Shown here one piece after another: positions 27,701 to 42,557 of a DNA stretch of 64,000 nucleotides. A program made the position numbers and the translations under genes. Under the pieces are notes generated by a model. That model worked only from the letters and a program-made list of their open reading frames with translations. It had not been told where the DNA came from and did not search any database. The DNA comes from Chrysomallon squamiferum (Eukaryota > Animalia > Mollusca): contig CM022679.1 in NCBI GenBank assembly GCA_012295275.1, positions 22,382,001-22,446,000 of the forward strand, given 5' to 3'. Numbering within the stretch: the stretch's first letter is position 1; each line of letters opens with the position of its first letter.

Positions 27701-30700
27701 TCAGTTTTGTGTTCCTGGTCTGCCCCAGCCTCCAGCAGAAACTTTACCATTTCCAGATGACCTGATTGAAATAAATAAATAAATAAATAAATAAATAAAA
27801 AATAAAATAAGAGATTCAAATATTTACAAACAGGAACAAATCCAAGGAGTAGTAACATTGACAACAGTTAATGCTTACATTACACAAACAAAAAAAAAAT
27901 TAAAAAGAAGATAGTTAGAAAGTCTATTTCAAATCATAGCACACTTATTCTGTATTGCCAAACAACTTTGAAAAAAAAAAAAAAAAAAAAATTATATAAA
28001 TAAATGAATGAGAAAAATCCTTGGACTAGTTTCAGTGGGACTAATTTAACAACAGTTAATGTAAGCCACCAAATATAACATTTGTGATCAGATTTAATTT
28101 GCAAAAGGAAGCCTTCTTTCTTTTTCCACTGGAAGTTCTAATCAAAAGTGTATGTGGTATATTGCCACTAGCATGCTCATAATGCATGCTGTTTGCCCAT
28201 TCTTACAATCAGTTGATAAATAATTACCTTTGTAACATGCCAAAGTCAAAGCACTCTCCTTGAATTCGTTTGAATGTGTGTTTATCCCGGCACCATTGTC
28301 CAGGAGGATTCTTGCCACCTCCACATGCCCTGCACTTGCAGCTTCCATCAGAGGTGTGTGTCCATTTTCATTGTGCACCTCAACCCGGCGTTTGCTTTAA
28401 TAATCTCCTGTACAACTTCTGTGAAGCCCCCACAGGCTGCATAATGCAAAGGTGTATTTCCTGAAATGGAAGCATTTGAATGTAAAATAAAGTTTTTTTT
28501 AATAAATTATGTTATGTAATAAAAAAAAAATTCCCCTTATGCATTCCTTAATCTTTATTAGTTGTTTTTCTTAACTTCCTTATTTCTTTTTGCTCAAAAG
28601 GCGTTCACAGTACAAATTTAGATATCCATCAGGATTAACAGCAACATTATCTACATATAAAATCCACTTATTTAAGGAGGAAAAAAAAAAAAAAAAATGA
28701 TAGAGCTAAAATACATTTACAGATCCAAGGTTTTCACATATAAACATATTCACTGCTGTGTTGTGAAAATGGTTTCGGTTTTAAACTGATGTTATATCTA
28801 AGCAGTTACTATACTTGTCTGATTAAGTTTAGCAAAAAAACAATAATGGATTTCTATTATTTGGTTAAATTTTATGCAAAATTACTGTAATATGCATAAA
28901 AACAATGAATGTAAATTAGGCATTTATGTATTGATTTCAAGTTTCCAACATGTTTATAACAACCTTTTATAGTGTTAATTTATTAAATTCTGAATTTATT
29001 CAACTGCACCTAAATAATGTTAATGTGCCACAAAAGCACTACAGTGATCTAGCAAAGAAATATAGTGTCTAGTGCAAAAATATAATATCTTTCACATTCA
29101 TACTTTGTATGTAATTAATTACAACAAAGAGAACACTATTTTAAAGGACAGTATTAAAGGATTTCAAGATTTTTAAAAACAAACAAACAAATAAAAAAAA
29201 AAAAATAAAAATGTAAAAATAAAAAATATACCTGCAGATGACTGAGCATCAACATCAGCTCCGTGAGATATGAGAAGTCTAACAATGTCAACATGGCCTC
29301 CACTTGCAGCTTCCATCAATGGCGTACAATCTCCTTTGATCCCGCGATCTTCTACATTAGCTTTCATAGCCAAAAGAACCTGAAAATAACCATAGACTCA
29401 GATCAGACTTTGAGTTTAGTTTAAAGAAGTTTAAGTAAAAATGTGTATTAACATTAACTGTTACAGATTATCCTCTATTAAATATACACACATTATCTGG
29501 ATAAATGCATTATTAACAATTTATTTATTTAGTGTTTTCCATTGTTTTGTAAAAAGTTATTGGACAAATTTTTCAAACGGTATTACATATTTTCTTCCAT
29601 ATATCTTTTGCACAGTTACTTATTTTGCAGTACTTTATATAAAAAATGTTTCTTATCTTCGATGATATAAATTCAAAGTGTTTCTATGCTAATACAATTT
29701 AAAGGTGAAATTAAAAGAATACTGTTGTAACTGTGCACATACCTGGGCTAACTCATAGTAACCAGCAGAACAGGCTAATGACAGGAGACTCTCGCCCTCT
29801 TCGTTTGGTTCGGGGACATTAGTACTGTCACATAATTTGCGTATATTTACATCTTCACCACATGCCTCCGCTAAAGAACGAGCACTATAAATAAATATAA
29901 TAATTTTTAGTTATAATAACAAAGTAAGATAGTGAGGGAAAAAGTAAAAAGAAAAAAAAATAATAATAATAACAATAATAACAACAGTATTAAAGTATTA
30001 TATAAAACTTTCAATTATCACCCTGCCTCCTATTAAAAACAAAAACAAATTTCAGTATTCAAAATAATCATTTCCTTTTGCTACTAGCAAAACAACCAAA
30101 TAAAACAAAACAATGTAACTTATAAACAAAATAAGAAACAACATTTGTAACAAAAGAATTGTTATAAAAAGTGGATATAATTTAAAAACACCATGACAAA
30201 AATAAATATATTCATTTAGGTCTTGGTCTTATAATGGTGCATTCATTTATTTATATATTTTTAACACGTTCTTACCATTCATTGGTAGAGAGGTGGCTCT
30301 GCTGTTCAGCTCTCATTCTATGCAGAGCCTGAGCAGCTTCATCTAATGCACTGCTCACAGAAGAGGTCAAGGTTCGTAAAACTTCAGGATCGGTTAATGC
30401 TTTACCATCTTTTGATGATAATTTACTTATTCCTGAAAGGTAAACACAGAATAATATTATGTAATTTTTCAATCCAGATATTTTAATATTACTAAAGAAT
30501 ATACTAGTTTGATTGGATTAATCTGTTATTTGCCACCTGTTTTACAATTCTGGTTTAAAATCTGTAACAGTTATAGAATTATTTACTCTTAGGTGAATAA
30601 AAAATTTTAAATTGTAAAATACTATGAAACGAGTAACAATGAAACTGTAAAATATAAAGGCTTTAATGAAGATTATGTACTTTTAAATAATTCTTCAAAA

Positions 30701-33700
30701 CAAAGTAAAAACAGATATAAATATTAAAAAACAAGCATATTCTAATTTGTTTTCCACATTTTCAGAAAAACTTTAATCCATTAGTCTGTCAGTGAATTAA
30801 CAGTTTCAGAATGATAAATCAATAAAACAACAACAACTGGTACATAAACTGAATAAAGGTCAAGTGATTCTGTGAAGTAGGTTTATTTTGTTCTGCTTAT
30901 ACCTCATATGTATCTAAAACAATATCTAATTGTAGCCATGCCATATCTAAACAATATGTATATATAGCCATACATATCTAAAATAATATTTGTGTATACC
31001 CATACATATCTGAAACAATATTTGTATGTACCCATACACATCTCTAACAATATCTATCTATACCTATACATATCTAAAACAATATCTATAATGTACCTGC
31101 AGCTTCTAGTAAAGCTTCAAGTCGAGCATGTGTCTCAGGATCCACTGTACGCAATGGCTGCGTATCTACATTTTCAGCAGGTAACAAATATTTTGACTGT
31201 TCAGTAACGTATTCTCCTTCTTTGAGTTCTGCTTCTTCCAGGAAAAAGGAATCAACCTTTAACAGAATAAATAAATAAATAACAACAAAAATAATAACAA
31301 AAATAAAAGAACAATATGTTAAGGTTTAAAACACAATAATCAAAAGTGTTTACTTTGTCACTTACTGAAATTCAACGGAACTTTTGTTATTTCTGTTTAA
31401 TTTATTCTATTAAGGTGCATTACAGAGTATTAATAACAAAATGAAAAGAATGTGTCATGTATATAAATCAGTTGGTTCCACCAGTTTGGATGATAAACAT
31501 ATTTCAAATTTACATCTGTTTATTTCAGCTGTTTGTGAAACACAGAATAAACAACTGAAGGTACCATTTGAAAATCAATGTAAATGAAAAAAGAATTAAA
31601 CTTTAAAAATACATCATCTAAACCATGTTTTTATTGTTTTTCTTAACTGTGATGATAAAATAAAAAGTGTGAGGTTAAACAGTGTCAAGTAAAGAATTTA
31701 GATTAAGAAAACAAAACAAAAAAATTGTTTAGCCAGTAAAAATTATTTTGTTTGTCACATAAAAATAGAATATTTGATATTCATACTCAAAGATAAATGG
31801 CCAGGTTTACGTTCACACACAAAATGCGGAAACTTGTACACTTCTGAAAACCCAAATATATTTTATGAGATTCACAGCTTGTAGAAATATATAATTTAAA
31901 ATAGCAAACCTTTTGATCTGGTATTAAAAAAAATAAAAATTAATATTAGCACAGAAAATAAAATTACTAAAAAATTACATAAACAGTCATTTCTTACTTC
32001 TTATATTAAGAAGTAACAAATGTACAACATTAATAATGATTTGTAAATGGAATCACAAAGATAAAACAAAGAATTTATCTTTGACAAATAGCTTATGATA
32101 GGATAAAAACAAAATCTATGATAAAATTTGTCAAATTATAGTTACTTTTAAATAATAAAGTTCCCAATATATATATTGTTTCTAGACTTTCATTTATTCT
32201 TTTTCAATATTTAATATATTTCTTATTTTTCTTTTTAAATATATATTTTTAACACCATCATCAGTTACATTTAGAAAAATACATATGGCATGATCTCAAC
32301 ACACCATGTACTTTATAGTAGAGTTGTTCTGCCTAACTTCATAATAAAGGATTGTAACCTTTTCAAGTTTGATCAATGATACAGTACTTAAGATTCAATA
32401 TCATCATTTATTTATATCTTTATGAGAACTGTAATATGGATGATCTCTAATAGGTTTTCACTTAATGAAAAGATTAAAATGAGATTAAATAATAATAATA
32501 TTGGTTTAACAACAAAAGCAAGATTATTTCACTCACATGTTATTTTGTATAACTAACCTTTAGTTTCCAACAGAAATATTTATTTTTATTTTACCAAAAA
32601 TGATAAACTAATAAATTTTAAGTCAGTAACATAATCATAAAAGTAAAAATTTTTAATTTCAATAGCATATCTTGGTCCTGTCTGATGAAAATCAATGTAA
32701 ATATAAAATCATTTTCCTGCTTTTGCTGGGACCATTTTGACAGTACTAAAACTCTTAAATTCTATCTCCATATTTTATTACCTCTTCTAAATTTTGATTT
32801 TTATTTTCCACATGCTTAACTTGATTTATACATTCAAATACCAACTTCAAAAACAAGATCTAATAGTGCAGATATTTAACTAATGGCACATACAGCCATG
32901 AAACTGAATGATGATGAAATTAAGTTAAATTTGTTTTTCACATTAAATACTTGGTTTCCTCTTCCAAAACAAAAAAATAAAATCGAAATCATTAAAACTT
33001 AACAACTGCTGAGAATACAACTTTTGTTAGTTATGCAATATTTTTTGCAGCAGTATCTGGACTGCATCTGTGAAGGTCAAATTACATCAAGAATTATTTA
33101 AATTAACAATAGCTTAGTTTAACAAATAAATAAGTAAGAAGATATTCCAATAATTCTATTACACATTTGTTACTAATGTTTATTTAACAGTAAAATTTTA
33201 TGACTTGTTTTTCATCCTAATCATAAATACATCATGATGATGCCTTATTTATGCATGGGGACTAAAATCATTTGCATATTTTGTCATTTGTAAATTTAAA
33301 TTTACATAAAGCTACAATAATTGTTTAATTTTTTTTTTAAATAATTCACTATTCAAAGAAATAAATAACTAGCTCTTAAAAATAATTATTAAAAAGTATT
33401 TTATTCGTGTCTAAAAACTGAGCAAATGCCACTTAGATTAAACTAACTTATTATATGAATAAAGTTTTAATTATTTATATTTATTATAAATCATTTTCTT
33501 TAGCAACTAATCTATTCGAAGCTGCATATATGCATAAATTATTGTTTTCTAAATATTTTTTTCTTTATACGTATTTTTTCTTTAAAGAAAGTTCTATTCA
33601 GCTGTAAAAGACGATCTATTATGTAATCTGAAATTATAATTTACAATATAATAATAACAATAAAATACAATTATTTAATTAAGTTAAAAAATTATTCTTA

Positions 33701-35918
33701 TTACTATTTGGTTTTGGTAAATCCTTGTGATTTCATCTGATGTATAGTTTATTGTTATTAGTGACACTATCTATGTACAATTTACAAGCAGTAATTTCAG
33801 TATTGTAACCTTCTGATTAACCTTTCCTGATAAATCACTGAACACAGGTGTTAATATTTTTTAGCAGATCTTATGATCAATAAAAGCTTTGAATTATTCA
33901 AGTTACATGGTAATATCTTGTTTATCAAATATTTGGAATTAGCGAATGACAAGATTATTTTAAACTAAAATAGTCACATTTTCTCACCAAATTTCATTAG
34001 TGTATTGGGCACTGCTCAGACACTTTTGAATTATATTTTGTTTATTTCAGTATGCTCAAATTGAAAATAACTACATTTATGGCATCAGTTGCAAACACTG
34101 ATGATGCTGATTCTCAACAGAATTTCTACCTCTCCCATTTTAGCATTTTTACTATGACGAAAGAACATCTGCAAAAGGGAAAATGTCCTCAATATTTTTA
34201 TTTCATCATACTTATTGTTATAAACTATATCTCTTTGTCTTGTTTTCCATGAGGGTTCTTCTTTTCCATTTTCTTCAGAAACAAGAATTCCTTGCATGTA
34301 AATAATTTATTCATTTGAATGATCTTTCAACATAATAATGATAAAAAAAATAATAAAAAAAAATATGCATATAAACACTTGATTATTTATTTTCAAAGAA
34401 AGGAAAACGTTACAAAAAAACGAGAAAATAAATACAAATGGAGACCAAATTTAAATACTGCATTTATATATACTGAACAACTGTAAGAATAACCTACAAA
34501 TATTTTTGAATGCTCACAAATATATTCACTGATATAATCAACCTCTCTTTAAAATCCAAATTTACAATAATAATTGAATTATGTTCCAACTTCCAACAAA
34601 AACCTCTTTTCAGGAAGATTTCATTACAAAATTAGATTGTTTATAATCTTTACATTTTTTTTAAGCATCTATTATTTATGAATCTTCAAAACATAAATAT
34701 TTTACCATAGAAGAAAACTGGAATAAAAATATTTATTTAGATAGTATTTTCTTTTGCGGGGTTTGGGGTGTATGGTTGATATTGTTATTTTTATTAAATA
34801 TTTAAGACATATTTCTGTTTTGTGTATGTTGCTGAATTACTCTGATATCACCAAAGTCCATAAAAAAATCAAGAGTTAATTTTAGAACAAGCAAGATCTC
34901 TGTTTATGGTCATACAGGCTAAAGTCAGTAGTCAAAAATATAAATACAAGTAAAATTAACTTTATAAGATTCTTAAAATTCAGTCTGAAGCTCTGTAAGA
35001 TCCATGTTTGTGTTGTACAGTTTTAAAATAACATCTTTGTTTTATATAAATGCATTCATGTTCTTTTCTGAAATTGCATCAAGATCAAGGCAACCTCTAA
35101 ACTTGCAATGTTCTTAAAATTTATTCATTTTTCAGCCTAACATAATAGTAAAGTTTTAAAAAGATGACAAGTTAATACAGGAATTAAGTCTGCCTATATA
35201 TGCGTTTATGTGACAACAGTATTACACAGATACTTTTAGGAACATTTTAACTGATACAGCAATAAACAACCAGCTATTATTATTATTGTTATTATTATTT
35301 TAATGATAAATAACGCACACATGAACTAACTCAGTGCAAGCAAATATTATTAGAAATATCTAACTTAAATATTTGTAAAACTAGTAACACATCTTTAAAA
35401 ACATTAAATGAATCAATGATACAGACATAATGGTAGCATGGAATGGACTGATACACTAAAAACAAAATTATATTTCAAATATTTTGTTTTTGATTTGATT
35501 GCTGGTACTCTGGGCAACTTCGTATGTTTCTTTAATCAGATGATAATGCATGTACAAGTGACAACATTTTAATTAACTGTATGAACTATATTCGAATATT
35601 ATTCTGGTCACATGGTTTCGCTAGGCATTATAAATAGGCCTCGACACAAATAACATAAAATTAAAATATTTCCAGGTAACCTTGTAAAAGGATCGACTAT
35701 TAGTAAATAACATTCATTCTGAAGCATACCTCTGATGCTTCATCGTCTTCGCTACCCGACATATCGGGTCCAAAATGTGATTCTTTTGATAATAATCCTT
35801 GATGAGTTCCCACAGACGGCTCCGAATCCGATAATGGAGGAGTCTGATCTTGTTGAATTTCAATGGTTGTAACTTCCTTAGTATCGTCGGATTTATCTTT
35901 TGTAACATGTTGCATCAT
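10068..35918 (-). CDS. ANKHD1: Ankyrin repeat and KH domain protein Mask (ANKHD1/ANKRD17 orthologue), about 2617 aa, 33 exons, 1-nt frameshift in exon 6 as assembled
   Basis: Exons (minus): 35918-35730, 31256-31097, 30432-30276, 29884-29743, 29379-29232, 28460-28228, 27761-27619, 27137-26948, 26310-26119, 25712-25603, 25377-25290, 24718-24591, 24129-23989, 23723-23630, 22277-21612, 21418-21138, 20463-20037, 19803-19658, 19446-19304, 18994-18781, 18390-18215, 17846-17785, 17465-17269, 16855-16644, 16206-16097, 15707-15354, 15069-14961, 14649-14506, 14003-13857, 13569-11816, 11634-11204, 10691-10539, and a tentative last exon 10079-10068. Diagnostic motifs: VDPETHARLEALLEAAG, two ankyrin blocks (HNENGHTPLMEAASAGHVEVA; ETNRNTALTLACFQGRHEVV), KDRQAAEANKNATILLEE coiled coil, EEGWKEVVRK, KH domain ISRVIGRGGCNINAIREVSGA, C-terminal KAPGY and PRPIGGER. 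Confidence 0.95.
24922..25200. repeat. Diverged ~165-bp tandem duplication in a Mask intron
   Basis: catttgctgatt...atacattaaac.attcttt.g.atg.tttaataca.aggtcaca...aactgtaac.gatat occurs twice. Confidence 0.7.
30900..31090. repeat. Degenerate ~30-bp minisatellite (catatctaaaacaatat core)
   Basis: About six imperfect copies immediately beside the Mask exon 2 donor. Confidence 0.7.
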
Positions 35919-35982
35919 TTTTGTTGTGTAATGTTATTGTTCCTTTCCTTTAACGGTCTTGTTTTGACGGACAGATGGCCAA

Positions 35983-36081
35983 TTATTTATGTATTTCTAT
36001 CGTACTAGTTGCCACCTTGACCGCCATTACAAATGTTCATTCCAAAACCCCGGATGATAACTTGTGCGCATGGGCGGAAAA
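35983..36081 (-). promoter_or_regulatory. Mask promoter/5' region with YY1-like, NRF1-like and E2F-like motifs and a short uORF
   Basis: AATGGCGG on minus (ATG at 36027), TGCGCATG 36065-36072, GGCGGAAAA 36073-36081; CpG-retaining segment upstream of the ATG. Confidence 0.5.
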
Positions 36082-36795
36082 ATAGCAAGGTTCCCGTGTC
36101 TCGATTATGTTAGTTTGGTTTATATCAATTTAAAATACAAAACTTTATCAAGTTAGCTAAATTCGAGGTTAAACAAAATTCCCGTTAAGGCCATGTCAGC
36201 ATTAATTAATATTTTGGGTTAACAAGCACCTTTTTTTCTTCTTCTTTGTTACTATATAAATATATTCATTTGAGTAAACCATCTTTTATCCATACTGCAT
36301 TTCATTTTTTTTCAAATTGTTTTTCTCATTCCTATAAAAAAAAAAAAAAAAAATAAAATAATTATTTTTTTACATAATATTAATTGCAATTCTGTTACTA
36401 ATAGTACCGTTAATAACGGCCACGTTTCGAACTGGAAATAAGTAGGCCTGATATATGTAGAGCATTTTTATGACAGCTGCATAATATCATTTTCACTTAC
36501 ACTCAGTGAATTTATACTAATCATGATGAATTTTGATGCAATAATAATACAGAAATATTTTAAAATATGGATGCCGACCATGATTAAAAAATATTAATGA
36601 ATATTTTTGTTTTCATATTTGTAATCTATAATACTCGGTATAAATATTAGTATTATTATATATAATAAATAATATACACCAAACCAGCAGATAATGTCGC
36701 GATAATTTATTTCACTCCCAAGGGCTCACATTAATTGTATATAAAATTGTTATGCATTTTTCCGTCTCATCCTTTTATTTTAATATCTATTTATA

Positions 36796-36857
<62 letters not shown>

Positions 36858-37883
36858 TTAATTATTCTGATGAAATATATTCATATATTAGACTTTTTTT
36901 TTATTGTTGTTGTGTTTAATATGCAAACCTTAAAAACATCTAACGTTTCACCCAATAAAACATTTCGTTTACATTTAGTTTACAGATTGTTGAGAGTTAA
37001 AGTTATAATAAAATAAATAAAGCCTAATAAACCTTTAAAACAAAATACTGCTCCCTGAGCGCACTTGTTGCGGAACTTGCGGTAATATGTAAGCAGCATA
37101 ATCACTGGCTAAAATTAGAAACGTTAAGAGCAGCCAATTTGTACCGAACGGTAGAAAATAAGGCTAATGATTTATCTGAAATATGTAAACATTAAATATG
37201 ACTAATAAAATTTTGTCTCGTATTTTATTATTATTTCCTAGTTACTCAATGTAACTGGCAAAACGTGTGTGTGTGTGAAGAAGAAAATGGACGAATAAAT
37301 GGCTAATGTCTTAAATGCACTTCTAAGGCTGAAATTGTAATTTACATAAACTGCCAAGTTATTTTTTTTTTAATTTATTCTTTTTTATTTTATTTAAAAT
37401 AAAAACAACAGTAAATAAAATAAAATAAAATCGTCTTCTTGTGACAATCGAATCGTAAACCATTGTAAATGCTGACGTAGCCTAGTTGCAGTGGTGTATC
37501 GGAAACTGCCTTGAAATGGCATCCCTAACCTTGACCTTTTAACAGTTGCGTAATATTTTCGGATCGAGCTCGTTTCAACAGAGCGTTGTCTGTGTTCAAT
37601 ATTATTTCTAATCAATTAAATAATTAAAATAAAAAACAAAACAAATAAAAATAAAATAAATAGAAATACAAAAAAAAAAAATAAAAATAAAAACGAAAAA
37701 AAAAATGCGAATGTACGTAGATCCGCACTCATCGATGTCTTTTTTTTAAATATATTTTTAAACATTCATCATTTCATGCACTAAAATAAACACTGAAGAA
37801 AGAAAAGCCTTACAACTGATTTTGTGATTGTAGTAATTTATTTTCAGATCGATACAAAACTTGTCATAGATCATTTTTGTTAC

Positions 37884-37938
<55 letters not shown>

Positions 37939-40900
37939 AACAAAGATCCAAGACTATGCCAATCTGTTACCTATTTCTTACCTGACCCTTCAACTGAAAC
38001 TGTGCATTTAAAAAAATCCAAATAAAATGCTAACTGCAGTATCATAAAAGGCTTATAATAGCTTGTAACATTATGCCTAAGCAAATAATTATTAGATGTG
38101 GAAAACAAAAAAATGTAAGCTTTTAACCATGGCAAATATTTATTATGATCATTTCAATTTTCATTTTACCTCAATGAAAACAGAACAAGAGGGCCTTTTT
38201 TCTTTTCTTAAACAGAAGAAAGAAAGAAAGAAAATGCTTAACATTAAAAGATTATTAATGTTCATGCAACAGCCTTTTCATTATTTATTTATTAAAATTA
38301 TACAAAAAAATAAAAATTGAGAGGTAAAAACAAACTGATAAATTAGTAAATTTTAGAAGATTACTTTTCATTAACAGATTTACATTTTTAAGGTATGAAT
38401 TTACATTTAACATGTTTGTAAATTATATTTTTTTTTTATTTGTAAAATAAAATGAAAAAAAGGATATTCATTTATATTAAAATACTATTAACATAACTTA
38501 AACTTACAGCTTTAATAATAATATCAATCAATCATACTAACTGAAAAACATACACTTTCTCTCTCCATCTCTCACACAAACATAGCTTTGCTATAGAGGT
38601 GTCGGACTGGTAACTAGGCCATGTAACCAACAACTGAAACTTAACAGGTAATAATACTTTATAATAATTAATAAACTTATCTAATGCTTTCAAATGTGTG
38701 TGGGTGCATGCTTGTGTGTGTGACATAAAGCAGAAGAAAATGACTTCTGCATTTTATAATTTATATAGGCATTTATTTTTCTTCAGTCAATTGTTTTTTC
38801 AGTACTTCAGAGTTTTAAAAGTAAAATTTTTCAGCTGCTCTGTTTTACCCCTTATTTTTTAATTGGGCAGGCTGGTTATATTCTATGTACACTGAAATAA
38901 TATATAAATTATGATTTCAGTTATATATTATTATCATATGTAAAACTGCTGATTGACTATTTGTATCATTAACTGCTTACTATTCTCAGAGATTGTAATC
39001 AATTTTGAGTCTTAATTATTATTTGGAAATATTTACATATATATATATTTTAAGCACAAAGATTGAGTCACTGATAATTTCATTTTACTTTACCACATTT
39101 AAAACACTGAGAAAAAAAAAAAAAAACTGAAAAAGATAATAATAAATAAGAAAAAAGACAAAAAATACTTAACAAATAACGTATCACGTTTTAACAAAAT
39201 AAATAGCAAAAACATTCTGGAAAGAAAACAGATACTTATCAAGGATTTTCAATTCCTTTTAGGTTTTAACAAAATGTATAATAAACACATTCTTCAGTGT
39301 ATTTTGTTTACTCATCACTGACTGCATCCTTAATGGCTTTATTCCCACAAACAGAACATGTTGCTTTTATCAGCAAGTTCTGTGAATAACTATATACATT
39401 TTGTTTCTCCATGATTCCAAACAAGATGAAAATTGTGTATGTGTATGTGCATGTGTTTCGACTACATTTGAGGGATGTGTGTGTGTGTGCATGAGCATGT
39501 ATAACACATTTCTGTAAAACACATTTTGTTTTTGTTTAGAGGAATATTTCAAAAAGTATTTATCATGCACAAGATAAGAAACTGATAAACATTTGTACAG
39601 CAGAACAAATTAACTGTCTTGAACACCTTAATTCAGTTGAACACCGGGTTAACTAGCAAATACATGCATTTCTTGAAAGGCAACTGAGATTTATATGATT
39701 TTATTAAAATCTTCATTGTGTTAAAACTGCCTATAACAACACATTCGCAGACAGAAAATTAACTAGACTGATCAAATTGCTAATAATTTCACAGATTAGA
39801 CAATCAAAATATTTAAAATAATATAAATGATAGAAATGTTTATGAAAAAAATTATTTTAAATATATGAAACCTTCTTTTTAAAAAATAAAAATATAAAAT
39901 AGTAGTATTTATAATAAAACATTATTATTAATTAAAAAAAAATCCCAATCCTAATCCATATCCAAATTAAATATAATAAATTTCTTATCAAGATATAGAT
40001 ATATAATAATATAACATACTTATTAAATATATCCAAAGCATCTAATGTTAAGGTTTAAAAAATATATACTTAGAAGAAAGAATGTACAACACCTGGTTAA
40101 ATGCAGAACCTCGTTCATTTAATAATAGTCTCTCTTAATTGGTTAACATAGCACATTTTTGATTTTATGACAAATAAAAGAATTTTGTAAAAAAAAAAAA
40201 AAAAAAGAAATATGTATCACTATTAAAAAGATAAAGTAACAATAATAAAAAGTTTACTGGCTATCTCATCATCACAACTTGATACGGTTTTTATTTCTTA
40301 TATAATTTCCATACTTTTTTAATGTTTCTATCAGATTTTATTTGCATGTTATTTTAATCTGTCAAATACACTGATAATCTATTAAATTCAGCATAACTTG
40401 AAATTATTATTATTAAAAAATATATTTATTATAAACATTTAAAAACAGTTAAATAACCAGAATTAAAAGAATTTAGGATAAAAAGAGAAATATGCAGGTG
40501 TCAGCATTTTGAAATATTTCAAAATGTATTAATGCCCAATCTGCTTAGAAATATTTTAAAATCTGCAGTCAGATTTCCATTCTGAAGTCTTATTATTGTA
40601 TTTTTCAAATTCATATAAAGAAATTAATATTCAATTACCAACATGTAAACTTGTATTAATCTTCCATGCCAAGGGAAACAACTCTAATTTTTAAAAAAAT
40701 GTATCAAAATGTCACAAAATGTAATTTCTGCTGAACAATAATATCTTTTACTAAAAAAGAAAGTTGCATAACTACATTTTCATTTTAACTTTTTCAATTA
40801 CATGTTTATCAAAAACAAACAAAAACAAAACCTCCACAATGATTTTACACATTCACCTGATAACATTAATCTAAAATTACCATATATATCTAGTTTTGCT

Positions 40901-42268
40901 TTATTTTTCAGTTTATAATTTTATAATACAATGATTAATTTAATAAGATAATATTAACCTATTTTTAATAGCCTTTTTCCAGCCATTTGTACTAAAAATG
41001 TTTATTTATTTATCTCAGTGAGACAGTTTCTCAATAAAAACAAAATGAATCAATAATGTGTGTGTGCTGTTTGCACAAACTATAAATACCTTTTTTCTTT
41101 TAATGTTATTTTAAAGAGAAATTAAGCATAAAATATAGAAGAATATGCAACTAATTTTAAAAATAGACTTTCAAATTTTTTCTATGCTTTTCATATTTGT
41201 TTGGTATACTGTATATTATTCAGGAAAAAAGAGAAATGTCACTTTGTAGCATCCATATCCCTGAACTAAGGAAAAATTTTATTTGAATAAAAAATAATTT
41301 AAAAAATGAGAATAATTAAGTAATGCCATGTTATGCTCACATATTTTGGCATTTGTGCACTGTTCATTCATAAAAAATACATGAAATAAAATAAAATAAA
41401 ATAATAATAATTGAGTATTTTCTTTAATTATATAAAAAGGGACGGGAAGTAACATTCATAAAATATACTAAAATCTGCAAATAATAGCACCCACCAAGAA
41501 CATTATGTATAATCTAATATGCTTATTTAGTTGATAATCTAAGATAAGCTCCAGACAAAATAAATAATATTAGCAGAAGAGAATAAAAAAAAACATTTAG
41601 CGATAAAAAAAAAGTCAGAGTAAACAAAATTTAAAAAGCAGAAAAAGAATAAAATGAAATGTCTGATGGTAATTTGGAAACCTTCACCTAAATTTATAAA
41701 TTCTGTTGAATTGATTAAGTATAGTAATTACTGTTAAGTTAAAACGCAAAAACAAACAACTCCTACCCTAACCCAATCTGGTATATCAATCCCTACAGTG
41801 TGCACCAAATAACTGGCATTGTTTTAAAGGAAATGTAATACAAAATATAACTGAAAAGAAAAAGGTCCAGTTTATAATATAATAAGTATTAGTGGGACTT
41901 TATATAAAATAAATAAATTTGTTACATGCAGAAAACAACAGACTGATTGAAGAATGCAGATACAGATACTTTAGATACTTGAAAACTGTAATATAAAGTA
42001 TTCGATTTCAGTCCATGTTCATTTTTTTTTTTTTTTGGCAAAAGAACTGCATGTAATTTTGAAAAGGAGCAAATTCTGTACATCAAACTGATACCTTCAG
42101 TCTAATTATTTTACAAGATATAAGGAGAGCTTGCACCAATTAAATGTTTTTCAAGAATAAACAAACATGAGCCTTCATTTTCTTTTTTCTCAATAAAAAC
42201 CAACAACATATAACAAAACAATCTGTATTCACCAAACAAAAAATTGATGTATTTGTTTCTACATCAAG

Positions 42269-42304
<36 letters not shown>

Positions 42305-42557
42305 GCCTTGCCATGACACACAGCACAATATTTGATCTTCACCTGAAGTTGTCTTTTAAGAGAAATGCACAGACTGCTGTCCTGCATTATCAACAGATTG
42401 TGTTTTGGGGTCCAACTGTGGCACATTATGGAGATTAGACAAATATTTCAAGACAGCAAAACGGAGGTCACTTGTCCAATTAACAGCCTATGTTGAACTG
42501 CTATCCATAGGCCTTACAAGCAGATTACAGAGAAAGTGTAACAGATTTTTTCCCATT

